Source: Candidatus Poribacteria bacterium (GTDB lineage Bacteria > Poribacteria > WGA-4E > WGA-3G). Taken from it: 64,000 nucleotides of DNA. This document shows positions 18,868 to 28,384 of this stretch, piece by piece. Position 1 is the stretch's first letter, and every line of letters starts with the position of its first letter. The position numbers and the translations under genes are program-made. The notes beneath the pieces are model-generated. The model had not been told where the DNA came from. It searched no databases and saw only the letters and a program-made list of their open reading frames with translations. The stretch is taken from positions 2,912,001 through 2,976,000 of the forward strand of contig OZ244048.1 of the NCBI GenBank assembly GCA_965215265.1. The letters run 5' to 3'.

Positions 18868-20487
18868 TTATAAAAGTGAATCTCCCGTCATCTCTATAGG
18901 TTGTGCTAATCCGAGTAATCGGAGGACAGTAGGCGCGATATCAGCAAGTCTCCCTCCTGTTCGGAGTTCGCCTCCCTTGAATTGGTTATCAACAAGGATG
19001 AGTTCAACGTCGTAAGTCGTATGAGCAGTGTGAATACCGCCTGTCTTGGGTTCTATCATCTGTTCACAGTTACCGTGGTCGGCAGTGACGATAATCGTGC
19101 CGCCCTTTTTAAGAACAGCCTTAACAATTTCTCCCATGCCGGTATCAACAGCCTCAACCGCTTTGATTGAAGCCTCAAGCGAGCCTGTATGTCCTACCAT
19201 GTCGCTATTAGCGTAGTTAAGAACCATCAAATCATATTTATCACTCGCGATTCGGCGTAACATCTCGGCTGTCACGCCCGGTGCGGACATCTCAGGTTTC
19301 AAGTCATAGGTAGTGACATCGCGCGGTGACGGAATAATCAGCCGTTCTTCCCCTGGATAAGGTTCGTCTTGGTAATCGTTAAAAAAGAACGTAACATGCG
19401 GAAATTTTTCGGTTTCAGCGCATCGAAATTGCGTCAAGCCTGCCTGACTGGCATAAGCCCCGAGCGTGTTCACCATTTTTGGTGGTTTTTTTATCGCCGC
19501 TTCAACTGGGAGCCCTCGTTCATACTCGGTCATCGTGACAAACTTAACGTTAATTTTGCGATTTCGTTTAAAACCCATTTGCCTTGTGATTCCGTCTTTT
19601 CCTTCCCCTTCGAACGGAAACGTATCTAAGCAAAAGGCTTTAGAGAGTTCTCTCGGCCGGTCACCTCGGAAGTTGTAGAAAATGACGGCATCTCTATCCG
19701 AAATCCGTGGGAGCGGTGTGCCATTTCTATCAACAATCACAGTAGGACGTATGAATTCGTCCCCTTTCCGGTTTGCGTCATCCGGATTTTCATAGTATCG
19801 GCGGTAAGCGTCTCTGGCAGTGGTTGTGCTTTCATCGGCACCTTCAGTTAGGAGGCTATACGCGACCTCAACCCTTTCCCACCGATCGTCCCTGTCCATG
19901 GCGTAGTAACGTCCGACAACGGAGGCGATCCGTCCGATACCGATTTCTTTCAGCTTCGCCTCAATCTGCTCGCAAAATTGGATTCCAAGGTCGGGTTGGC
20001 AGTCGCGGCCATCACTAAAGTTGTGAATGAGCACCTGATCTGCTTTGAGGCCATGCTCCTTAGCAAGCGTCAAAAGTCCGTAGAGATGCTCAAGCGAGCT
20101 GTGTACACCTGCATCACTCGCCAATCCGATGAGATGCAAGTGCGTTGCGTTGTTTTTAACATGCGCGAACGTGTCTAAAATTATCTCATTTTGAGCGAAT
20201 TCTCCGCTACGCATCATGTTACTGATGCGTAGTAGTTCCTGATTGACGATACGTCCCGCACCGATGTTCTGGTGTCCGACTTCGCTGTTGCCGATAACAC
20301 CTGCCGGCAAGCCTACATCCTCACCGGAAGTATGGATAAGGCAGTGCGGATAAGTCTGCTGCAGCCAATCATCCACAGGCGTCTTAGCTAGGTAAACTGC
20401 ATTCGCTTTGTTCCACTCGGGATACGGGTTATGTCCCCAGCCGTCTCGAATGATGAGCACGACAGGACGTTTTGAGGGTTCTCTCAA
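18868..20487 (-). CDS. gpmI: 2,3-BPG-independent phosphoglycerate mutase
   Basis: GNSEVGH, GRYYAMDRD, AETEKFPHVT, DMVGHTG, TADHGN. Confidence 0.97.
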   Translation of the reverse strand: MREPSKRPVVLIIRDGWGHNPYPEWNKANAVYLAKTPVDDWLQQTYPHCLIHTSGEDVGLPAGVIGNSEVGHQNIGAGRIVNQELLRISNMMRSGEFAQNEIILDTFAHVKNNATHLHLIGLASDAGVHSSLEHLYGLLTLAKEHGLKADQVLIHNFSDGRDCQPDLGIQFCEQIEAKLKEIGIGRIASVVGRYYAMDRDDRWERVEVAYSLLTEGADESTTTARDAYRRYYENPDDANRKGDEFIRPTVIVDRNGTPLPRISDRDAVIFYNFRGDRPRELSKAFCLDTFPFEGEGKDGITRQMGFKRNRKINVKFVTMTEYERGLPVEAAIKKPPKMVNTLGAYASQAGLTQFRCAETEKFPHVTFFFNDYQDEPYPGEERLIIPSPRDVTTYDLKPEMSAPGVTAEMLRRIASDKYDLMVLNYANSDMVGHTGSLEASIKAVEAVDTGMGEIVKAVLKKGGTIIVTADHGNCEQMIEPKTGGIHTAHTTYDVELILVDNQFKGGELRTGGRLADIAPTVLRLLGLAQPIEMTGDSLL

Positions 20488-21246
20488 TAGAATTTCTTCC
20501 TTCCCCTATTCAACGGGTTTAGTCAAACCCATCTATAGATTTTTATTGCATTTTTTATCAAACATGTCATAACATTTTGGCGGGCGATGGAATTCAATTG
20601 AATTCCTGTTCTGACGAGCCTTGCAATATTCTTATCAAATTATTTTATCAGATTTGGGTGTAGTTTGCAAGCCCATGTAAAAATATGGAGGATTGAGGTG
20701 CCTTGCAAGGCTATTTTTATTACTGTATTTTTGGAAACAGCGTTAGTTGTGATTGCACTGGTTTTCAACGCCAAACGTCCTATTGCTGTTATTCATCAGT
20801 TTAAGCGAAGCAAGCACGCGAGTGAGGGGTTAAAGGTGCCGTCGACCGGCCAGCGAATCAATTGGGGATGCTGGACTGCCAAAGTGCAATTGAAGTTGGA
20901 TGTTTAGGCTGCCATGAGAAACGATTTTTCACTTTCTGCTTAGTAGTGTTAGATGTGGAACTGATAGTTGGAATTGCAGGCTTTTACTTTCATCTGTCAG
21001 CAGGATTCATTGAACAAGGGTCTGCCTCTATTAAATGGCGGCTGTGACATAACCATCTTATTAGATGGGCTACGCTATAGGGTAACAGTATTTGCCTCGT
21101 TGCTATTCTCAATCTCTGCGTTTTGAGAATGCATGGGATTTGGCAGCTGAATAGATGCCCCTAATCCGGAATACCTGCTCCTATTCTGTTTGTATCAAGA
21201 GGCATCTATTTTGTGGAACAGCGGAATATAGCAAGAGTACTCCGTC

Positions 21247-22053
21247 CTATCTTGCTTTTATTTTTCCCCAAGTCGTCGTAAGTTTCCCACTCGCTTGCAC
21301 AGCTTGAGGGGTATCCATGACTATTTGGATATCGGCTTCACTCAATGTTTTCTCGTAAAGCCGTACCTCGTCAATTTTGCCGGGGAAGTGGTCTGTCGGT
21401 CTACCGAAGTCATCTCCGCCAATCCACAGTTCGAGGGCTGACGGGGCGATAGGGACGTTATTCGCCGCCTCGCCTTCTAACTCACCATTGATGTAAACCT
21501 TCATAGTTTTGCCATCAAACGTTCCAGCGAAGTGATACCATTCGCCAACCTTCCAATCTGTTGTTGTAGATTCAGCAAACGTATTGTTCGGCTTAACCAG
21601 AAAATCGATGCTGTCCTTGTTGCCGAAATCAAAAATAACGAAGATAGAGTCGTTTTTCACCATCAAGCGTCGGCTGGTGAGGACATCATCCGGACTAAAC
21701 CATGCCATAAAGGTAATATTTTCCTCAATTGCAAACGCAGCATTGTCGGCGACAACGACGAGGTCTTCTTCACCGTCAAATTCTAATGCAGTGCCGAATT
21801 TACCGTCTACCCACTTTGGTGCACCAACAAAATCGCCGTCATGTCCGTTACCGGTGACATCTTCAGCCTTTTTCCCTGTTCCTTCGTCAAATGGCCAGTA
21901 GGCGACGAGCCCTTCTTCTGCAACGTTGGCGGTGCTAATACTAGTCACTATGAAAAGTGAGCAAAAAAACAGGGCAAAACGCTTAAAACGTAGCTTGCAA
22001 GCCCCTATTGTAACAAAAATGGAGGCTGCAAACCTATATTGACGTATGTGCAT
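21247..22053 (-). CDS. Secreted LamG/ConA-like protein with C-terminal KLTTTWGKIK motif
   Basis: LVAYWPFDEG, GKFGTALEFDG, WYHFAGTFDG, GKIDEVRLY. Confidence 0.9.
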   Translation of the reverse strand: MHIRQYRFAASIFVTIGACKLRFKRFALFFCSLFIVTSISTANVAEEGLVAYWPFDEGTGKKAEDVTGNGHDGDFVGAPKWVDGKFGTALEFDGEEDLVVVADNAAFAIEENITFMAWFSPDDVLTSRRLMVKNDSIFVIFDFGNKDSIDFLVKPNNTFAESTTTDWKVGEWYHFAGTFDGKTMKVYINGELEGEAANNVPIAPSALELWIGGDDFGRPTDHFPGKIDEVRLYEKTLSEADIQIVMDTPQAVQASGKLTTTWGKIKAR

Positions 22054-22239
22054 CGTGATTTCTCCTCTTTAGGTTTTGATTCTCAAATACACTGGTATTA
22101 TAACATATTTTCGCTTACGAGGGCTATAAAATTGCAGCGTCATTCTGTATCAAGAGGTATTCGTATATAGTATGCTTTCTGACTAAGAATCCTTGCTGCG
22201 CTCTTTAGGGGAGGTAGTCCTATTGTAATAGGAAATGTG

Positions 22240-22926
22240 CTACATTGGACGTTCAATAGACCAGTGCCGGTCGGTGCTTCGAACAACGACGGCTCTGGGT
22301 AAATTCACCTGTGAGAGCATCTCATTGACTTCAGAAAGGGTAAAGGCAGCAAGATATGAATCGTAATAGAGTTGTTGTTGGTAGGGTGTATCATCAGTCG
22401 CGTATCGCGCAACAAAAACTTCTGCTGCTTCTGGTGTTTCCGGACGAATCAGGTCACGGATTAAAACTAAGCCTTTTGGCTTGATGACTCGACTCATCTC
22501 TTGGAGCGCACGCATCGGTTCATGGATGTGATGCATAATGCTATTGGAAATGAGCCCATCAAAGGTATTATCGGGGTATGGCAGAGCCTTGGCATCGACG
22601 TACTCAAGGGTTATGCGATCAGTGAGTTCTGCATTTGCAACGTGGCGTTTCGCTATTTTTAGCATCTCTGCGGAAAGATCAATTGCAGTAATTTGTAGGC
22701 TGGGGCATCGCAAGGCAAGTAGGATAGGAATCTGCGCGGGCCCGGTACCAACATCTAGGAATTGCAGGATCGGCAAACTCTGTGCTGCATCGTGTCCTCT
22801 GCTGTTGGTACCGAGTGCTATAACGCGTTCAACGAAGGCATTATCAACCTCGCCGTGTCCCATGGCATCGTAAGCCTCAGCGGCTTCCGCAGTGTCCATA
22901 ACTTCTGGTTCTAAGATTCGGTTCAT
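22240..22926 (-). CDS. Class I SAM-dependent methyltransferase
   Basis: RILEPEVMD, LDVGTGP, IDLS, RDLIRP. Confidence 0.9.
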   Translation of the reverse strand: MNRILEPEVMDTAEAAEAYDAMGHGEVDNAFVERVIALGTNSRGHDAAQSLPILQFLDVGTGPAQIPILLALRCPSLQITAIDLSAEMLKIAKRHVANAELTDRITLEYVDAKALPYPDNTFDGLISNSIMHHIHEPMRALQEMSRVIKPKGLVLIRDLIRPETPEAAEVFVARYATDDTPYQQQLYYDSYLAAFTLSEVNEMLSQVNLPRAVVVRSTDRHWSIERPM

Positions 22927-23710
22927 GTTTCAATTCCGTGATGAATTCACTGACGGTACGAGCGTTGTCGCGAATCTGGTCTGGTTGAAACTTAGTGTAC
23001 ATGCCAACCGCCATTGCATCGCTCGGTTTCAGGCTTTCAAGTGCAAATTGAAATGCCGCGGACGGTTCATTTCTACCTGCAGCCAACACTTTTATACCGA
23101 TGACGGGTAGCGGTATTGATCGTATGGCATCGAGTGCCTGTGCCCGGTCATTCGGCAGATACAATTCTCTGTGACGTGTATGATTATACAATGCACAGAC
23201 ATAAAAATCAACGTCATAGTTTTCAGCATAACAGTGTTTAAGGATTTCCGGATCATGCGTGCCGATGCCAGCTGCACATCCGAAGTCCCTTATGCGGGCG
23301 AGATTGTCGCGCAGTGAGGAAAGTCTGTCTTGTGCGTAGAGTTTATCAGTTGTGCCCCCGTGATGGTAGATGGCAATCGGTTTGTAGCGTGCGATAATCT
23401 CAAGGTATTCCTTAAGTTCTGCGTATTCTGTATCCTTTGGCGTTTGTGCTATCCACTGAATTGTGCCTCCTGTGTTGCGATATTCGTTGAGGGTGCGCAT
23501 GATATGTCTGTCTGCACGGGCAAGGAGTGTGTTAATACCGGACTGCTCTGCCTGCTGCAGATCTGCACAAATTTGGCGAGTTGTATAGTAATCCTCCATC
23601 TCTTGCGATTTTGCCGCGGAGTGATGCGATATACCGCTATACGGATTACCTCCGATAATGAGGCGCGTGACGCGATGGGATGCGATGGAAATTGTGGGTA
23701 GTTTCATCAT
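22877..23710 (-). CDS. Aldo/keto-reductase-like conserved protein
   Basis: RLIIGGNPYSG, IKVLAAGR, AVGM. Confidence 0.7.
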   Translation of the reverse strand: MMKLPTISIASHRVTRLIIGGNPYSGISHHSAAKSQEMEDYYTTRQICADLQQAEQSGINTLLARADRHIMRTLNEYRNTGGTIQWIAQTPKDTEYAELKEYLEIIARYKPIAIYHHGGTTDKLYAQDRLSSLRDNLARIRDFGCAAGIGTHDPEILKHCYAENYDVDFYVCALYNHTRHRELYLPNDRAQALDAIRSIPLPVIGIKVLAAGRNEPSAAFQFALESLKPSDAMAVGMYTKFQPDQIRDNARTVSEFITELKHEPNLRTRSYGHCGSR

Positions 23711-23998
23711 TTTATTTGGTTGGACGTGTGCTTCATTTTTGCTGAATGTTAAGATGAAGCATAAATAGCACGCCGATTCGGTTTATTTCCGGATGAGCAT
23801 TTTACTTTTAATTGAAAATCCCTTAAGGAGAGACAGCCCTGTGCTCAGGTTGTTACAATTTTATTATTTGCGGAAATCGCGAGGAATTCGCCTCTCATAG
23901 CTTGCTTAATTTCTTGTTCACTATGATTTGAGGCTCTTTATAGGTAAAGCAATTTATATGCCAATTACCCTACAAGAGAGGTTCACTTTAGGGGGACA

Positions 23999-24337
23999 TT
24001 TTAGTATATTTAAGCACAACAAGACTGATTTTATGAACAACCTCGCACAAATCTCGTCTGAGCCCTTCGATGTTACGAATCAAAACATAAGAACCCTCTA
24101 GCGCGATTTGAAAAAAGATAAACAAAAGATCAATGAGTAACGTGCTGAAAGATATGAAAACACAAATCGCGTCTGAGCTCTTCGATGTTATGAATCTAAA
24201 CATCAGAACCCTCCGACGAGATTTGTAAAGGATTTACACAACATTGATTGGTGTTGTGCAGAGATATACAAAAAGACGAGATTTGTAAAAGTTTATCAAA
24301 ACGGCAATGGATATTGTGCTGAAAGATACGAAAAAAT
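23999..24337. repeat. Cluster of palindromic dispersed repeats (one full copy plus two partial tandem copies)
   Basis: acaaatc(t/g)cgtctgagc...cgagatttgt hairpin cores and tgtgc(t/a)gaaagata(c/t)gaaaa ends repeated. Confidence 0.85.
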
Positions 24338-24542
24338 TGCCCGGACCTGGACGTTCAGTAGATGTTACTGCACGAAATGGGGCAAAGTGCGAAATATGTT
24401 GCACAAATTTGTGCAGCCAGAGAAATTTTTGAGAGATTTCTACTGTAGTGGGAGTTGTAGAAGACTGCTATTCATATTGCGGCACTAGAATCGACGACAA
24501 TTAAATTTGAATCATAACATCAAAGGATTTGGGTGGGCGGGC

Positions 24543-24605
24543 GGCGAGATTTGTAAAAGTTTTAACATCACATTAAACTTTTATTGTGCAGCACCATACG
24601 AAAAA
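24543..24605. repeat. Right half of the palindromic dispersed repeat
   Basis: ggcgagatttgtaaaag...ttttattgtgcagcaccatacgaaaaa. Confidence 0.75.
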
Positions 24606-24633
24606 GAGCGAAAATCACATTTTACCTCACGCC

Positions 24634-24945
24634 TCAGGTGTAGACGCGAACCTTAATATCCTCATTTTCCACGATAACTGGATAAGTTCTAATTCGCAAG
24701 CGCGAATCAGTTTGACAGTCACCAGTTTTCGTGTCATAGGCGTACCCGTGGACGGGACATACGGCGATGCCATTCCGTATTCTACCTTTGCCGAGGGAGC
24801 CCAGCGCGTGCGGACAGGTATTGTCTACAGCGCAAAATGCGCCCTGCTCTTTGAAAATAGCGATTCTTCTACCACTGACGTTGAACGTTTTACCGCGTCC
24901 TTCTCGAATCTTAGATGTTTTCGTAACGGTGATGTAGTCTGACAT
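24634..24945 (-). CDS. Rieske [2Fe-2S] ferredoxin (NirD-like)
   Basis: CPH...CPVHG. Confidence 0.92.
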   Translation of the reverse strand: MSDYITVTKTSKIREGRGKTFNVSGRRIAIFKEQGAFCAVDNTCPHALGSLGKGRIRNGIAVCPVHGYAYDTKTGDCQTDSRLRIRTYPVIVENEDIKVRVYT

Positions 24946-24963
24946 TTTGAGAACTTCCTTTTT

Positions 24964-26715
24964 TTATTCTTTCACGCTGCCGAGGGTAATGCCCTGCACG
25001 AATTCACGTTGCATCGATAAAAAGAGAATCACTATGGGCAAAAGGGATAGAAGTGTGCCTGCCATCAACATCCCGTAATCTTGCCGATAGATGCCGATGA
25101 GATTTGCTAAGCCGATAGGTAACGTATATTTTGCCTCATCGCGTAAAATAATTAGGGGCCAGAGATACCCATTCCACGAACCCAGAAACGAGTAGATTGT
25201 TAATGCGCCCAGTGCCGGTTTGATAATCGGCAGCACAATCCGATAGTAAATTCCAAACTCTGAACAGCCATCAATGCGTGCCGCATCAAGCAGCTCGGTT
25301 GGAATGGAAACGATAAATTGTCGCATCAGAAACACCCCGAATGCCCCGACCGAAAATGGAATCACAATCGCTTTGTAACTATTAAGCCAGCCGATGTCGT
25401 ACATCAATCCAAACAACGGAACGAGCAGCACTTGGAAGGGCACCATCATCGAGGCGAGGAGGATGCTAAACAAAACCTTCTCGCCACGGAACCGATACTT
25501 GGCGAACGCGTAGCCACCGAGCGAACAAAAGAACAACGTCAATAGGGTTGACGATGTCGCAATGAAAACGCTGTTGATAAAGTAACGGTTATACGGCACC
25601 GTCTTCCATAGGTTCCGATAGTTGGAAGTAAATTTATCCCACACAATTGACAGATAGGATGGACGGTGAATTGTCAGTCGCAGAGACAACGTATTTTCAC
25701 TTGTAGAGCCAATTTGTTGAGCACGATTCTGGTCAGGCATCGGATGCATCCGAATGTGAGTCGATTCTAATTCACCAGGGATGCCGTGTAGCCGCCACAC
25801 TGTGTTTTCCCACAAGTGACTGTCTAAGACAAACGGTTGGCCCGGTTGATAAGTGGTTCCATTAACTGAAATCTCTAAAGCGAGTTGATGGTAAGACGCA
25901 TCGCCACGCACAGGGATTATAATAAGCCGGATCCGCTCCGGAGGAATATTAAGGGCACCGCCTTCAGAGTGCGACAAAGGCACCGTTGCTTTCAGATGAA
26001 CGTTGTTTTCCGCTCCGAAATCGTAGGAAAAACTTGCTACGGAGTCCGAATAAGTTGATTCACGGATGTCTCTTACAGCCGGAGAATCCGTTTCCCATTT
26101 TAGAGACGGAATCCGGGTTCGGTTGAAGTCTACATCCTCTATCTGAATGTTACCAACGGCTACCTCGCGGTAAATGGAATCCCAGATGGTGTTAACTGTT
26201 TCTGGAATAATGGCGTGGCGCACTTCAGTTACAACCGCAGGCAGGTTTTGTAAACTCGCGGTGCTTTCCCAGACCCCGCTTGGAAGGTTCGTGACGAGTT
26301 GTTCCCATATTCCCTCTATCATCTCAGTTTGAACGTCCAAATCCCGCTCGTAATGTGCCAATTGCGGATTTGCTGCAATATGCTGACTCGCTTCTTCCCA
26401 AATTACGCGTTCTAGTTCAGGCAGAAGTATTGCCCATGTATCTGCTTCTACAGCTTTCGGTTTCTGGATGGCCGGGTACGCGTCGTGGACGATGTACGGC
26501 GAAGATGCAATTCGCCGGGGCAGTTTGGGAAACAACTGAATCGGGACAGCAAAGATTTCATTTGCGGTTTTAAAAGAAGAAGTCAGCAGCCACAACAGTG
26601 GTATCATCGTGCAAAAGGCAGCACCTACTAAAAGGAGATAGCCGATAATTCTAAAAGTAGTGATATATGCTTGTGAACTTCGTAGTCCCGACCTTTGTTT
26701 GTTATTTTTGCGCAT
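24964..26715 (-). CDS. Carbohydrate ABC permease (MalG-type) with a large extracytoplasmic insertion
   Basis: LLTSSFK at the N-terminus; NS...DAARIDGCS...WN motifs; ~300-aa soluble insert. Confidence 0.88.
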   Translation of the reverse strand: MRKNNKQRSGLRSSQAYITTFRIIGYLLLVGAAFCTMIPLLWLLTSSFKTANEIFAVPIQLFPKLPRRIASSPYIVHDAYPAIQKPKAVEADTWAILLPELERVIWEEASQHIAANPQLAHYERDLDVQTEMIEGIWEQLVTNLPSGVWESTASLQNLPAVVTEVRHAIIPETVNTIWDSIYREVAVGNIQIEDVDFNRTRIPSLKWETDSPAVRDIRESTYSDSVASFSYDFGAENNVHLKATVPLSHSEGGALNIPPERIRLIIIPVRGDASYHQLALEISVNGTTYQPGQPFVLDSHLWENTVWRLHGIPGELESTHIRMHPMPDQNRAQQIGSTSENTLSLRLTIHRPSYLSIVWDKFTSNYRNLWKTVPYNRYFINSVFIATSSTLLTLFFCSLGGYAFAKYRFRGEKVLFSILLASMMVPFQVLLVPLFGLMYDIGWLNSYKAIVIPFSVGAFGVFLMRQFIVSIPTELLDAARIDGCSEFGIYYRIVLPIIKPALGALTIYSFLGSWNGYLWPLIILRDEAKYTLPIGLANLIGIYRQDYGMLMAGTLLSLLPIVILFLSMQREFVQGITLGSVKE

Positions 26716-26944
26716 TGCTCTCTGTTTTAAGAAACGAATGTCTCTGGTGAAATTGTGAAACCTTCATTCACACCGAAGCTTCGTATTTGACGCTCGGATG
26801 AGATTATTCTATCAAAAGCACAAAAAACTGACAACTTTAAAACCTAATATTGACTCTAAAAGCGTGGGGTAGACATAACAATCACATTGTTTGCACGATT
26901 TTGCGGAGGACTCGCCCAAATACGACGTGCATTCGCGTTAATGA

Positions 26945-27046
26945 TTTTCGTATGGTGCAGTACAATAAAGGTCGTTGTTGTGTTAATACCTGTATAAATC
27001 TCGTCGGAGACTACAAAGCGTCTTTATTGTGCTTAAATATACTAAA
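26945..27046. repeat. Internally deleted palindromic dispersed repeat
   Basis: ttttcgtatggtgcagtacaataaag...aaatctcgtcggag...ctttattgtgcttaaatatactaaa. Confidence 0.8.
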
Positions 27047-27048
27047 TG

Positions 27049-28379
27049 TTACTTCTCGGTCCGGATAGCCTCAATAGGTGAAAGCTGCGCCGCTCGCAGT
27101 GCTGGATAGACACCGAAACCGATGCCCATGACAATAGAGAAAATAACAGTCGTCAGCATCCACGGCACGGAGAACACAACGGGCCACGTCTCTACAACGG
27201 GCACGAGCCGCATCGCCAGCCAGGCCATGGCGTTCGCCGCACCCCAGCTCCCTGCGATGCCGAGTGCCCCACCGATGAAACAGAGACAGATGGATTCTGC
27301 CAAGAACTGATAGAAGATGTCACTCCGTTTCGCACCCACTGCTCTCCGTAAACCGATTTCCCGCGTCTTTTCACCCACAGAGACGAGACAGATATTCATG
27401 ATGCCGACACCACTGACAAACAGCGAGAAAAGCGCGAGGCTCCCTAACGTGATTTTTATCACGTTTTGATGACAAACAGCGAGAAAAGCGCGAGGCTCCC
27501 TAACGTGATTTTTATCACGTTTTGAATGTGGTAAAGTCGTTGCGCCGTCAATATTGGCATCCATATACCGATAAACTCATCTTTTCCCCGGTGTCTTTTA
27601 CGCAGGGCGTTCTTTACAGAATCAACGATATTGTAGATATCTGCCCCTTTTAAAAAAAAGACGAGCAAGTAGTCAACGTGACGAAAGTCTTTCACCCGTT
27701 GTTGATAGGTTTTCAGTGGTATAGAAATGGCATCATCTAAAGAATACGAGTCGCTGAGGCTGAGTCCCTTGGGTGCCATCACGCCTATAACTCGCAGCCG
27801 GACCTGCGATTGTCCCAAATGAATCTTCACCTCTTCTCCGAGTGGAGCGGGATGTCCAAAAAGTTCATGGGCGGTGTTGGTGCCGAGGACGCATACCTGC
27901 TTTGCCTTTTCGATATCCCTGTCGGAGAAGAATCTGCCGGTCTGAACGTCCCACCCCATGCCTTTGGCGTAATCTGCTGTGACCCCTTCTAAACGCGTTA
28001 TCGCTTGCGTCCCATTTCGGGCGCTCACAAAGACGCGGAAATCTTCAACTTTAGGAAGGACGTAGAGGACATCGGGGACTTCTGCCTCAATTGCAGACGC
28101 GTCCTCAACGGTATATCGCTCTGTAGTTCTACGGGCGAGGTGCCGGCCCTTCCAAATCGTCATCCGTGTCCAGAATGCAATTTGGTTCGCCCCGCCCATC
28201 TTTTCAAGATTTACATCGATGATACGTTTCCCACCCTCACCAATGGCCATCATGCACAACACACTCGAAATCCCGATGAAAACGCTGAGAAGGGACAATC
28301 CAGCACGAAGCCGATTTTGCGTAATAGACTTTACACCGGCGGTGATTGACTCACGAAGTCTCACCTGCTGCTCCCTCAT
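27049..28379 (-). pseudogene. MacB/FtsX-family permease split by a 56-bp tandem duplication
   Basis: 27414-27469 equals 27470-27525; the halves are in different frames and share QNVIKITLGSLALFSLFV. Confidence 0.9.
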
Positions 28380-28384
28380 CTATA

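Noticed and set aside
20665-21047. Small ORFs upstream of gpmI
   Set aside because: One has a GGAGG/GTG start but no recognisable motif; support is insufficient.
23999-24337. Possible CRISPR or integron attC array
   Set aside because: Units are long, degenerate and irregular, with no unique spacers or cassette ORFs; no cas or integrase gene in the window.
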